Assembly: GCA_041601615.1 (NCBI GenBank)
Contig: JBFIHX010000007.1
Span: 1-64,000 of the forward strand
From: Thermoplasmatota archaeon
Lineage (GTDB): Archaea > Thermoplasmatota > E2 > JACPAO01 > JAHFTW01
Direction: 5' to 3'
DNA length: 64,000 nucleotides
Made by a program: the position numbers and the translations under genes. Below are positions 37,203 to 45,485 of the stretch, one piece after another. The notes under the pieces were generated by a model. The model did not search any database and had not been told where the DNA came from. It saw only the letters and a program-made list of their open reading frames with translations. The stretch's first letter is position 1. Each line of letters begins with the position of its first letter.

Positions 37203-38351
37203 ATGAGTCTCAAGGCCGCACTGGTGGCCCTCCTGATGGCCAGCGTCGCTCTTGCCGGTTGCAGCGGCAGCGCCGACGACGGTGCCCCGTTCACGGTCAA
37301 GCAAGCCAAGGACCCCATCACCGAACCATTCACCTTCACAGCCAAGGTCAACGCTGACGAATACAAGTGGGAACTCGGCGACGGCAAGGCCCCCAAATTC
37401 GGCAAGACCATCGAGTACGTCTACGGCTTCACCGACGGGGAAGTGCGCGCCAAGCTCACCACCACCAAGGACACCGTCGTCACAGTCCACCCCGCCAAGA
37501 CCCTCGTGCTCGGCTCGGGCCAAAACGCCAAGCCGGCGTTCCAACTCGACGTGGAACACAACTGGGTCCAAGCCGGCGAACAAGTCACCCTCAGTGGCGC
37601 CAGCAGCACCGACGCCGACAACGATCCGCTGCTCTTCAACTGGTTCTGCGTGCGTCAAAGCGACATCGGACCCGCCGGCGCCGGACACGCCCACGGCCCC
37701 GGAGGAGTCGCCTATGGCTCGACTGGACCCGACCCGATTCCCGCTCGCGTCCTCAACGGCACCGACGTCCCCGCCGCCGACCGCAACGTGCAAGGCGACT
37801 TGTGCGCCAACATGGCAGGCGACGGCTTCTTCAGCACCAATGCCACCCTGCGCGGCGCATTCGAGACCGCCGGCATCTACAAAGTGACCATGCTGGCCAA
37901 GGACCCCAAAACCTCCAGCCTGCCCGGCAGCATCCTCATCTACGTCACGGACGCACCGCGCCAAACCGAAGTGGAAGTCATCGAACTCACCGGCAGCCTC
38001 GGCACCGGCAAACCCGCCGAACTCGACGGTCTTGCATGCCAAGAGAACATCAACCAATGCGACCACCTGGCAGACGAGCGCTTCCAAGTCCTGTACCCCG
38101 TCTTGGGCTTCAAGTCCGAAGTTGCGTCCAGTTCCAACGTTGGCCAGGCACTCTTTTCGTCCTGCTCCAGCGAGAAGGCCTCGGAAACCACCGACGCCAT
38201 CACCGGCAGTGTCGCGTACCTCGACCCGGGCCAACACTGCCTGCGTGTCTACAACCGCAGCAACGGTGCCAGCGCCGACTACACGCTGACCCTGACGTTC
38301 CAATACGTCACGGACCCAGTGCTCCTGTTTGACGACCCCAACGGCCACTGA
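37203..38351 (+). CDS. PKD-domain lipoprotein
   Basis: VALAGC lipobox; YKWELGDG; VTLSGASSTDADNDPLLFNW; FETAGIYKVT. Confidence 0.85.
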   Translation: MSLKAALVALLMASVALAGCSGSADDGAPFTVKQAKDPITEPFTFTAKVNADEYKWELGDGKAPKFGKTIEYVYGFTDGEVRAKLTTTKDTVVTVHPAKTLVLGSGQNAKPAFQLDVEHNWVQAGEQVTLSGASSTDADNDPLLFNWFCVRQSDIGPAGAGHAHGPGGVAYGSTGPDPIPARVLNGTDVPAADRNVQGDLCANMAGDGFFSTNATLRGAFETAGIYKVTMLAKDPKTSSLPGSILIYVTDAPRQTEVEVIELTGSLGTGKPAELDGLACQENINQCDHLADERFQVLYPVLGFKSEVASSSNVGQALFSSCSSEKASETTDAITGSVAYLDPGQHCLRVYNRSNGASADYTLTLTFQYVTDPVLLFDDPNGH

Positions 38352-38374
38352 ACCAGGAACTCGGAGGCGAACCC

Positions 38375-38520
38375 CACGCCCCCAATCCCTCCTTGATCCC
38401 TCCTCCTCTCTCCTCATCCCTTCCTCATCCACACTCCTCCACCCCCATTCCATCCCTGTCTCATCCACCCCCATTCCATCCTTTCCTCCTCCACATTCGT
38501 TTCCTTGCATTCCCCTCGCA
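38375..38520 (+). other. Pyrimidine-rich (C/T) low-complexity intergenic tract
   Basis: Almost G-free runs such as TCCTCCTCTCTCCTCATCCCTTCCTCATCC right after the stop codon. Confidence 0.7.
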
Positions 38521-38759
38521 TGTTTGGCACCCCATTTTGGGCTCCAAACCCGACGAAACACCTGACGGACCCCCGCGCAACAAAACGGGAAATCGCGCCA
38601 CGAGCACCCCTTCCGTCGGACCCGGGACACAACCCTTATGCAGCACGGCTCCAACGCCAGAGCGAACGCGTCCGCCGCCCAGCCCAGCCGCAGACTTCAC
38701 CAACCCGCACGGAAGGTATGAGTAGCGGCAAAGACAGGTGGACCCCTCGAGGAACCCCC

Positions 38760-40475
38760 ATGCGACGAACAGCCCCCCTGATTGCCCTCGCCATGCTCAC
38801 CCTCACCCTCTCTGGGTGTTTCGGCGGCAGCGACGACGGCTTCGACTACACGCCGGGCTCCGGCTTCAAGCCCACCGGCAACACCGTCCACCTCAAGGCG
38901 AGCGTCGTCGACTGGACCATGCACCAAATCTACCCCGGCTTCGTCGCCAACCTCTGGGCATTCTGCTTCGAGGCAGCCGACCCCACCGACACCTACAGCG
39001 CCAACGCCATCGAATACTGGCCCGGCGTTGCCACGGACGGCAGCGTGGGAGAAGGCTACGAACCCTTCGACGGCAAATGCAGCGTACCCGGACCCACCCT
39101 CCGCGTCCAACAAGGCGACCGCGTCATCGTGGACTTCGCCCACAACCACTTCCACGCCCACACCATCCACTGGCACGGCCAACACACCCCCTGGGAAGAC
39201 GACGGCGCACCCGGCGTCAACCAAGACAGCGTCCAACCCGGCGAAAGCTTCACCTACGACTTCGTTGCCAAGCGCGCCGGCAGCCTCTGGTACCACTGCC
39301 ACGTCGACACCCAATTCCACGTCATGCAAGGCCTCTACGGCGTCTTCATCGTCGAACCCCAAGACGACCGCATGGAACCAGAAGTGGACGAAGAATACAT
39401 CCTCGTCTACTCCAGCCTCAACCGCGAACACGTCCAAGTGACCCCCGAACGCCTCGCAGACCCCCACAAAGACCACCGCCACAAAGCCGGTGAATGCGGC
39501 GCCAGCGGCATCCAAAACTGCCAGAACCCGCCCATCGACGTCACCCCCGACACCTGGATGCTCAATGGCCGAAGCCTGCCCTTCAGCGTCGAAGACCCAG
39601 CCAGCGTAGTGCGGCTTGACGAAGGCGACACCGTCCGATTGCGCCTGTTCAACATGGGCGAGACCTTCGAAACCATCCACACCCACGGCCACGACATGCT
39701 CGTGACCCACCGCGACGGCAACCCGCTCCAACCCGAGGCACAATTCTGGGTCGACACCCTCACCATCGGCCCCGCCGAGCGCTACGACGTGCTCATCTTC
39801 GGCGACAACCCCGGCCTCTGGATGATGCACTCCCACGTCGACCACCACGTCACCAACGACCACATGGCCCCCGGCGGCGCCATGGGCATCATCGCCTACC
39901 GAGACGTAGAGGCGGAAGTCGGCAGCCTGCGACCCTTTGCCGCAGAACTTGCAGGCGGCCTCGCATACACGACGCCCCTGGCCCTCCCCGGCGATGTCTA
40001 CCGCACCACCGGCGAGCTGAACGTGGGTGAAGCAAGCATCCCGATCAGTACCGTCGGCGACAACGTCCAAGAATCCCTCGGATTCGACGTGGGCCTCCCC
40101 TGCGCGGCCCGCAGCATCCAAGTGGTTGCAGCCTACGACACCGGCGTCTTCAATGGCATCCCCAACATCCCCCGGGACCTCACCCTGCGACTCCGCGACG
40201 GCAACGGCGACTTGATCGAAGGCGCCGAAATCGCCCTCGTTGCAGGCCAATCCAGGAACATCACCCTGGTGGACGTGGCGGTCGTGCCCCTGCTTGCCCC
40301 CGGCACCTGGACCGCAGAAGTCAACGGCAACAGCATCCAGGGCACCCTGAAGATCGACGCCATCGTTGACAACTTCGAGACCGAGGAGAAGGTGTTCTAC
40401 GAAGACGCCAACCGCAACGTGCGAGGCACCGACTGCGACCCGGCCCAGCGCGTCTTCAACCCGCTCAACCCGTAA
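38760..40475 (+). CDS. Two-domain multicopper oxidase lipoprotein with a C-terminal extra domain
   Basis: MRR...LSGC signal; HTIHWHG, WYHCHVDTQFH (domain 1); TIHTHGH, WMMHSHVDHH (domain 2). Confidence 0.92.
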   Translation: MRRTAPLIALAMLTLTLSGCFGGSDDGFDYTPGSGFKPTGNTVHLKASVVDWTMHQIYPGFVANLWAFCFEAADPTDTYSANAIEYWPGVATDGSVGEGYEPFDGKCSVPGPTLRVQQGDRVIVDFAHNHFHAHTIHWHGQHTPWEDDGAPGVNQDSVQPGESFTYDFVAKRAGSLWYHCHVDTQFHVMQGLYGVFIVEPQDDRMEPEVDEEYILVYSSLNREHVQVTPERLADPHKDHRHKAGECGASGIQNCQNPPIDVTPDTWMLNGRSLPFSVEDPASVVRLDEGDTVRLRLFNMGETFETIHTHGHDMLVTHRDGNPLQPEAQFWVDTLTIGPAERYDVLIFGDNPGLWMMHSHVDHHVTNDHMAPGGAMGIIAYRDVEAEVGSLRPFAAELAGGLAYTTPLALPGDVYRTTGELNVGEASIPISTVGDNVQESLGFDVGLPCAARSIQVVAAYDTGVFNGIPNIPRDLTLRLRDGNGDLIEGAEIALVAGQSRNITLVDVAVVPLLAPGTWTAEVNGNSIQGTLKIDAIVDNFETEEKVFYEDANRNVRGTDCDPAQRVFNPLNP

Positions 40476-40489
40476 GCAAGCCGCTTGGA

Positions 40490-40640
40490 GCCTTCTTTCC
40501 CCCTCACCCCTCCTCCATCCCGCGATCCTTTCTCCCTTCCTTTCCCCCTTCCTTTGCCACCCTCCCATCGCATCCCCTCCTCCGCCCCCACGTCTTGATT
40601 CATTTCATCCACCATTTCCCCATCAATTCCCCCTCCGCGC
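40490..40640 (+). other. Pyrimidine-rich (C/T) low-complexity intergenic tract
   Basis: CCTTTCTCCCTTCCTTTCCCCCTTCCTTT and similar runs directly after the MCO stop. Confidence 0.7.
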
Positions 40641-40752
40641 CCAATTTGCCCCCGGAATCCGTTCCGCACTCCCGGAATCTTCCATCCGATACCCTAGCAT
40701 CATTAGGGAAGAATGACGGATTTCTTGAAATTCCCCCCGCGTATGACGGCCC

Positions 40753-40998
40753 ATGCGCGTAGCCCTCATCTTCGCCGCCTTGCTCCTGACCGCCGGCTTC
40801 GCCTTCGCCCCCTCCAGCAGTGCCGCAAACTGCGGCGGCACCGTCGACATCGACTGCGACGCCTCCTACTGCACCATCTACGCATTCAACGGCATCCGCC
40901 CCTACTGCGTCTACGGCGAAAATGGCCACTGCATCGTCTACACATCCGTCACCATCGCCAGCATCACCACCAACGCACTCACCTGCATCCCAAACTAG
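40753..40998 (+). CDS. Small secreted six-Cys protein
   Basis: Signal peptide ending PSSSA; NCGGTVDIDC...YCTIY...YCVY...HCIVY...TC. Confidence 0.8.
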   Translation: MRVALIFAALLLTAGFAFAPSSSAANCGGTVDIDCDASYCTIYAFNGIRPYCVYGENGHCIVYTSVTIASITTNALTCIPN

Positions 40999-41075
40999 TC
41001 CCAGCCGCCCCCACCTCTTCCTAAACCCTTAAACCACGGCCAACTTGGCGCAGCCCGTCCCTGGGAGCGCACGCC

Positions 41076-41651
41076 ATGTACCGTATCATCCAAATGGAAG
41101 ACACCGTCCGGATCCCGCCCGAGCGGATGACCGACGAACTCACGACGACCATCGCTGTGCTTGTGCAGGAATCCTTTGAAGGACGCCTGACCAAAAACCA
41201 CGGCATCACCGTCCTGACCACCAACGTCCTGCCCAAGGGCCAGGGCAGCGTCATCCACGGCGACGGCGCCATCTACCAAAAGGTCGGCTTCGACGCGCTT
41301 GTCTTCAAGCCCGACGTTCAAGAAGTCGTGGACGGCATTGTTGCCGAAGTCGTCGAATTCGGCGCCTTCGTCCACATCGGCCCCCTCGACGCACTCGTCC
41401 ACATGAGCCAAGTCATGAACGACTTCATGACCGCCGACGTGCACAACGAGCGCCTGACCGGAAAGGAATCCGGCCGCTTCCTCGATGTTGGCGACAACGT
41501 GCGCGCCCGCATCGTCACCGCCAGCCTCAACGAACTCTCGCCCCGCGAATCCAAGATCGGCTTGACTATGCGCCAGCCCGGTCTCGGCAAATTCGAGTGG
41601 ATCGAAGAGGACCGCATCCGGGCCCGCGAACAGGCCGCCGCAGGAGCCTAG
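41076..41651 (+). CDS. rpo7: DNA-directed RNA polymerase subunit E' (Rpo7)
   Basis: DTVRIPP, IHGDGAIY, EFGAFVHIGPLDALVHMSQVMND, KIGLTMRQPGLGK. Confidence 0.97.
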   Translation: MYRIIQMEDTVRIPPERMTDELTTTIAVLVQESFEGRLTKNHGITVLTTNVLPKGQGSVIHGDGAIYQKVGFDALVFKPDVQEVVDGIVAEVVEFGAFVHIGPLDALVHMSQVMNDFMTADVHNERLTGKESGRFLDVGDNVRARIVTASLNELSPRESKIGLTMRQPGLGKFEWIEEDRIRAREQAAAGA

Positions 41652-41657
41652 AACCCC

Positions 41658-41837
41658 ATGCAGCGCGCTTGCAAGAACGATCACTTCCTCACCGAGGAAG
41701 CCATCTGTCCCCTCTGCGGCGGACCCACCAGCAAGAACTGGAGCGGCATCCTGACCATCATCGACGTAGAAAACAGCCAGATGGCTGAAGCGATGAACGT
41801 CACGAAACCCGGCAGCTACGCCCTCAAGGTCCGGTAG
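41658..41837 (+). CDS. spt4: Transcription elongation factor Spt4 (RpoE'')
   Basis: MQRACKNDHFLTEEAICPLCGGPTSKNWSGILTIIDVENSQMAEAMNVTKPGSYALKVR; conserved position after rpo7; absent from the ORF track. Confidence 0.95.
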   Translation: MQRACKNDHFLTEEAICPLCGGPTSKNWSGILTIIDVENSQMAEAMNVTKPGSYALKVR

Positions 41838-41841
41838 TCCC

Positions 41842-42030
41842 ATGACGACTACCCTAGAGTCGGTCCCCAAGCTCGTCAAGGCACTGCCCGACGACGCCAA
41901 GGCCCTCTGGGTCGAGGAATACAACCGCGATTTCGCCTGGCGCTGCAGCGAATCCCACGCCGAAAAGGCCGCCTGGCTTGCCGTGCGCCAATCCTACAAA
42001 CAGGACGGCGACGCATGGTCGCGCCGGTAG
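41842..42030 (+). CDS. ChaB-family protein
   Basis: LPDDAKALWVEEYN...AEKAAWLAVRQSYKQ...W pattern. Confidence 0.8.
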   Translation: MTTTLESVPKLVKALPDDAKALWVEEYNRDFAWRCSESHAEKAAWLAVRQSYKQDGDAWSRR

Positions 42031-42578
42031 CCGACGCCTCCACCAACCCAGACCTGCGGCCCACGCGAGCCTACGCACTGCCCATGGCTTTGCGTCATCG
42101 CTTTGCCGAGCCTTGGGGCCCGGTCCTCTCCACGAAGGAACTTGCTGAAGCACTTGGACCAGGCGACGTGCTGGTGGCCGTGGGCGATGTGGTAAGCCTT
42201 ACGCTGAAGGACCTTGGGCACACGCCTCGACTTATCGTGGTGGATTACAAGACCCAGCGCGGCGACGAAGACCCCGCGTTGCTTGCCGCGCTAGGATCGT
42301 GGGGAACCCGAGAAATCCGTGTCATCAACCCGGCAGCACAACTCACCCGAGACGCCTGGACCGCCGTGCGCCGCGCCATGCTGCTTGAAACCGGCGGCCC
42401 CGTGCGCATCGTCGTGGAAGGTGAAGAGGACATGGTGGGCCTTGCGTGCTTCTTGGAGGCGCCACTCGGAGCGAAGGTGATGTACGGAGTCCCCGGGTGC
42501 GGCGTTTGCCTCGTGGAGGTCTCCGAAGGCGTTCGCCAGCGATTGCGTGCATTGGTTGCCGACCTCGATTCCATTTGA
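42015..42578 (+). CDS. GTP-dependent dephospho-CoA kinase (DUF359)
   Basis: AVGDVVS, VVDYKTQR, INPAAQL, VEGEEDM, MYGVPG; conserved context. Confidence 0.88.
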   Translation: MVAPVADASTNPDLRPTRAYALPMALRHRFAEPWGPVLSTKELAEALGPGDVLVAVGDVVSLTLKDLGHTPRLIVVDYKTQRGDEDPALLAALGSWGTREIRVINPAAQLTRDAWTAVRRAMLLETGGPVRIVVEGEEDMVGLACFLEAPLGAKVMYGVPGCGVCLVEVSEGVRQRLRALVADLDSI

Positions 42579-42738
42579 GGCATGTGTTTTTCATCCCCGT
42601 GATTTCATAATTCTAATATCTTGCGAAGAGGCCTCATTTCTACTGGTTCGCTCATTCAAATGCCAAATGAGAAGGATACGTTCCAACGAGATAACCAGCC
42701 GCACGGGCTTTGTAGTAGCCTCGACTCCGGAGCAATCG

Positions 42739-43776
42739 ATGAAGCGTTCATGGTTCCTCCTAGGAGCACTCTTGCTCCTAGCAACCGCCTCCGCGCAGAC
42801 GCCCGCCGCCTACCCCGTGGTTGAATCGACGCTCTACCTCAGCCAAGCCACGGCCGACGTTCCCGGCTTCGGCACCGTGCTTTTGATGGGCCCCGACGCG
42901 CCACAAGGAGCCGCTCCCGCCGGAGGCGCCACGCCCTACGCGCCCCTTCTGGACGTACTCGGCGTCGAAGACGGAACGCTTCTCTGGATGTACCCAGACA
43001 CCCCCACTGTCGACCTCGAAATGGTCGGCGATGTGGAATTCACACTCGAATACAGCCTCACCGTCGAAGCCGCCGCGGACCGCGTCGTGCGCCTCCTGGC
43101 AGCCGGCCCCAACGGCGAATTGGTGCAACTTGGCGAAGCTCGCCGCCAAACCTCCGCCCCCGACCTGCTTCCCTCCACAGAAACCTTCCACATCCCCACC
43201 CACGGCCAAATCATCCCCGCCGGCCACCGCATCGCTCTGGAGATCTCCATTGAAGGCACCTCCATGCTTGGCATCATCACCTTCGGCAACACCGGCAGCA
43301 CCAGCGCCATCGACCGCATCTCCCTCCGCGTCCTCGACTCGGACCACGACGGCGTCGGCGACACCCTCGAACGCATCCTGGGCACCGACCCCTTCCACGC
43401 CACCCCAACCCCAACCTGGACCGACACCGACGGCGACGGACTGCCCAACACCGTCGAAATCGGCATCGGAACCGACCCCGCCAACCCTGACACGGACGGC
43501 GACGGATTTGGCGACGGCACAGAGGTAGCCGCCGGCTCCAACCCCAACGACCCCAACAGCACACCCTGGGACCGCGACAACGACGGCGCCCCCGATCTAC
43601 TTCCTGACGCCCTAGACAACGGCACGCCGAGCAGCTCCCCCGGAGGCCCCTCGCTCACTGGAGACCTAGGCTCGAACACGCCGGACCTCACCGGCACCGG
43701 ACCCATGCTCGGAGGCGCACTCGCCGCCACCAGCCTCGGGTTCGCCGCACACGCACTCGGGAGGACCCGACCATGA
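42739..43776 (+). CDS. Secreted/surface protein with thrombospondin-3-like Ca-binding DxDxDG repeats and a C-terminal anchor
   Basis: Signal peptide; DSDHDGVGD, DTDGDGLP, DTDGDGFGD, DRDNDGAPD; C-terminal hydrophobic segment. Confidence 0.85.
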   Translation: MKRSWFLLGALLLLATASAQTPAAYPVVESTLYLSQATADVPGFGTVLLMGPDAPQGAAPAGGATPYAPLLDVLGVEDGTLLWMYPDTPTVDLEMVGDVEFTLEYSLTVEAAADRVVRLLAAGPNGELVQLGEARRQTSAPDLLPSTETFHIPTHGQIIPAGHRIALEISIEGTSMLGIITFGNTGSTSAIDRISLRVLDSDHDGVGDTLERILGTDPFHATPTPTWTDTDGDGLPNTVEIGIGTDPANPDTDGDGFGDGTEVAAGSNPNDPNSTPWDRDNDGAPDLLPDALDNGTPSSSPGGPSLTGDLGSNTPDLTGTGPMLGGALAATSLGFAAHALGRTRP

Positions 43777-44453
43777 ACAAATACACCCTGTACCACCGCA
43801 TCGCCGCAGCCATCAGCCTCGCCCTGTTCGCCCTCATGATCTGGGACCACTTCGGCAACGACGGCAACTGGCTCGTCCCGCTCGTCATCCTGTTTGCGCT
43901 GCACATCCTGATCCAATTCCTGGTCATCATCAGCATGCGCGTCACGAACACCGAGTACATCCCTGCCCCCGTGCCAACCCCCGCGCCCGAGCCGGCCCCC
44001 GAGGCTGAGGAAGACGACGGCCCCTTCCGCTACGGCGACTACACCCTCTACGCCACGAAGACCCAAGACAAAGGCGGCAACTCCCGCTTGTTCTACTTCT
44101 TCAGCAAGCGCATCCCCCGCAAGGGCGCCCCCGTGGCCAAACCCGCCGGACACCACGTCGGCGTCAACAAAATCACCGGCCTGCCCTTCCTGAAGCGCGG
44201 CGCCGGAGCCGATGGCGAGGTGCTCAAGGACGTAACTCCGCACGTCGCCAAGCAGTGCCAAGCCCTCACCGCCGCCGGTGGCCAATGCCGCAATTCCGGC
44301 CGCGTCGACAGCAAATACTGCGCCAGCCACAAAGGCTACCGCCCGCCTGCCGCCGACTCCGTCACCATGGAAAGCGACACCACGCCACGCAACCGCAAAG
44401 CCGTCGACACCGTGCCCAGCACCCGCAAGAGTACGTCCAACCCGCCCTCCTAA
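43773..44453 (+). CDS. Two-TM protein with a YxLY...YFF...GLPFL domain and a C3H zinc finger
   Basis: YGDYTLY...FYFFSK...NKITGLPFLKR; CQALTAAGGQCRN...YCASHKGY. Confidence 0.85.
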   Translation: MNKYTLYHRIAAAISLALFALMIWDHFGNDGNWLVPLVILFALHILIQFLVIISMRVTNTEYIPAPVPTPAPEPAPEAEEDDGPFRYGDYTLYATKTQDKGGNSRLFYFFSKRIPRKGAPVAKPAGHHVGVNKITGLPFLKRGAGADGEVLKDVTPHVAKQCQALTAAGGQCRNSGRVDSKYCASHKGYRPPAADSVTMESDTTPRNRKAVDTVPSTRKSTSNPPS

Positions 44454-44546
44454 ACAGGCACGAAACGTTGAATAACGAGCACGGCTGGGCGACCCTGTCC
44501 TACCTGGGACGCCCGGCCCCTCGGGGCCTGGTCGAGGTGAACCATC

Positions 44547-44855
44547 ATGAACATCGAAATCACGAAGAAATTCGACAACGCACTCTTTGGCCGCAAGGAC
44601 ATCGAGTTCGTCCTGCGCCACGACGGCGAACCGACGCCCAACCGCGTCCACATCCGCCAACTCGTCGCCAGCGAAATCGGCAGCAAGACCGAGCACGTCG
44701 TCATCGCCCGCATGCGCAGCGAGACCGGCATCTCCGCCACCCGTGGCATCGCCCGCGCCTACGAGAACGCCGACCTCGCCCGTGCCCAAGAGCGCGTCCA
44801 CTTCCTGAAGCGCAACAACCTCTTCAAGGACCCCAAGAAGGAGGCTGAAGCATGA
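44547..44855 (+). CDS. rps24e: 30S ribosomal protein S24e
   Basis: [11 protein letters not shown]...PTPNR...GIARAYE; upstream of rps27ae. Confidence 0.95.
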   Translation: MNIEITKKFDNALFGRKDIEFVLRHDGEPTPNRVHIRQLVASEIGSKTEHVVIARMRSETGISATRGIARAYENADLARAQERVHFLKRNNLFKDPKKEAEA

Positions 44856-44998
44856 GCTCCTTCTACCAAATCGACGGCGACAAGCTCGTCCGCCTTCGCC
44901 GCGCCTGCCCCAAGTGCGGCCCCGGAACGTTCCTCGGCAAGCACAAGGACCGCGAAGCCTGCGGCAAGTGCGGCTTCACCGAGTTCAACACCGCCTAA
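44852..44998 (+). CDS. rps27ae: 30S ribosomal protein S27ae
   Basis: [48 protein letters not shown]; absent from the ORF track. Confidence 0.96.
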   Translation: MSSFYQIDGDKLVRLRRACPKCGPGTFLGKHKDREACGKCGFTEFNTA

Positions 44999-45146
44999 GC
45001 GGTCCAATTCGGGCGCTGCCCGCCTCCTCCATCCTTCTTCTTCCTTTTCCTTTTGAAGCCAAGGCCTCGTTTGGATGCCCTTGGCGCTTTGACAAAAACC
45101 CTGGTTTTTCAGGGCCATAAAGCCGACGATTCCTGGAGACTATGGT

Positions 45147-45249
45147 TTCGCCCCGGGTCGTCGGCCGTAGGCCGGCGGCCCCTCCGGGGTACTCCGAGGG
45201 CGCGAAGGGCCCTAGGGGCGTAATCCGAGGGCGCGAAGGGCCCTAGGGG
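45147..45249 (+). repeat. Hairpin repeat element, copy B
   Basis: GGGTCGTCGGCC-GTA-GGCCGGCGGCCC followed by two tandem CCGAGGGCGCGAAGGGCCCTAGGGG units. Confidence 0.9.
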
Positions 45250-45252
45250 AGG

Positions 45253-45397
45253 CAAACTCGTCCGCCTACGCCGCGCCTGCCCCAAGTGCGGCCCCGGCAC
45301 GTTCCTCGGCAAGCACAAGGACCGCGAAGCCTGCGGCAAGTGCGGCTTCACCGAGTTCAACACCGCCTAAGCGGTCCCATTCGGGCGCTGCCCGCCT
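45253..45397 (+). pseudogene. 5'-truncated duplicate of rps27ae plus its 3' flank
   Basis: Aligns to 44881-45025 at offset 372; three coding differences, all synonymous; no start codon. Confidence 0.92.
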
Positions 45398-45485
45398 TTC
45401 CTTCCTTATTCTCTCCTCTTTTGCCGTACTTTTTGTCGCCCCGGTCTAGGAAATCCTTGAAACGGAGCCCCCGCGTCGCGCGCGC

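Noticed and set aside
38697-40568. Long antisense ORFs (623 aa here; also 42936-44801, 36930-38654, 1998-3416, 13192-14583)
   Set aside because: Shadow frames of well-supported genes in GC-rich DNA, with no motifs.
45195-45249. Tandem 25-nt palindromic direct repeats resembling a CRISPR mini-array
   Set aside because: Only two units separated by about 5 nt, no spacer-length unique sequence and no cas genes; they are part of the hairpin element.
45253-45370. A second functional rps27ae gene
   Set aside because: It lacks the first ten codons and any in-frame start after the hairpin element.
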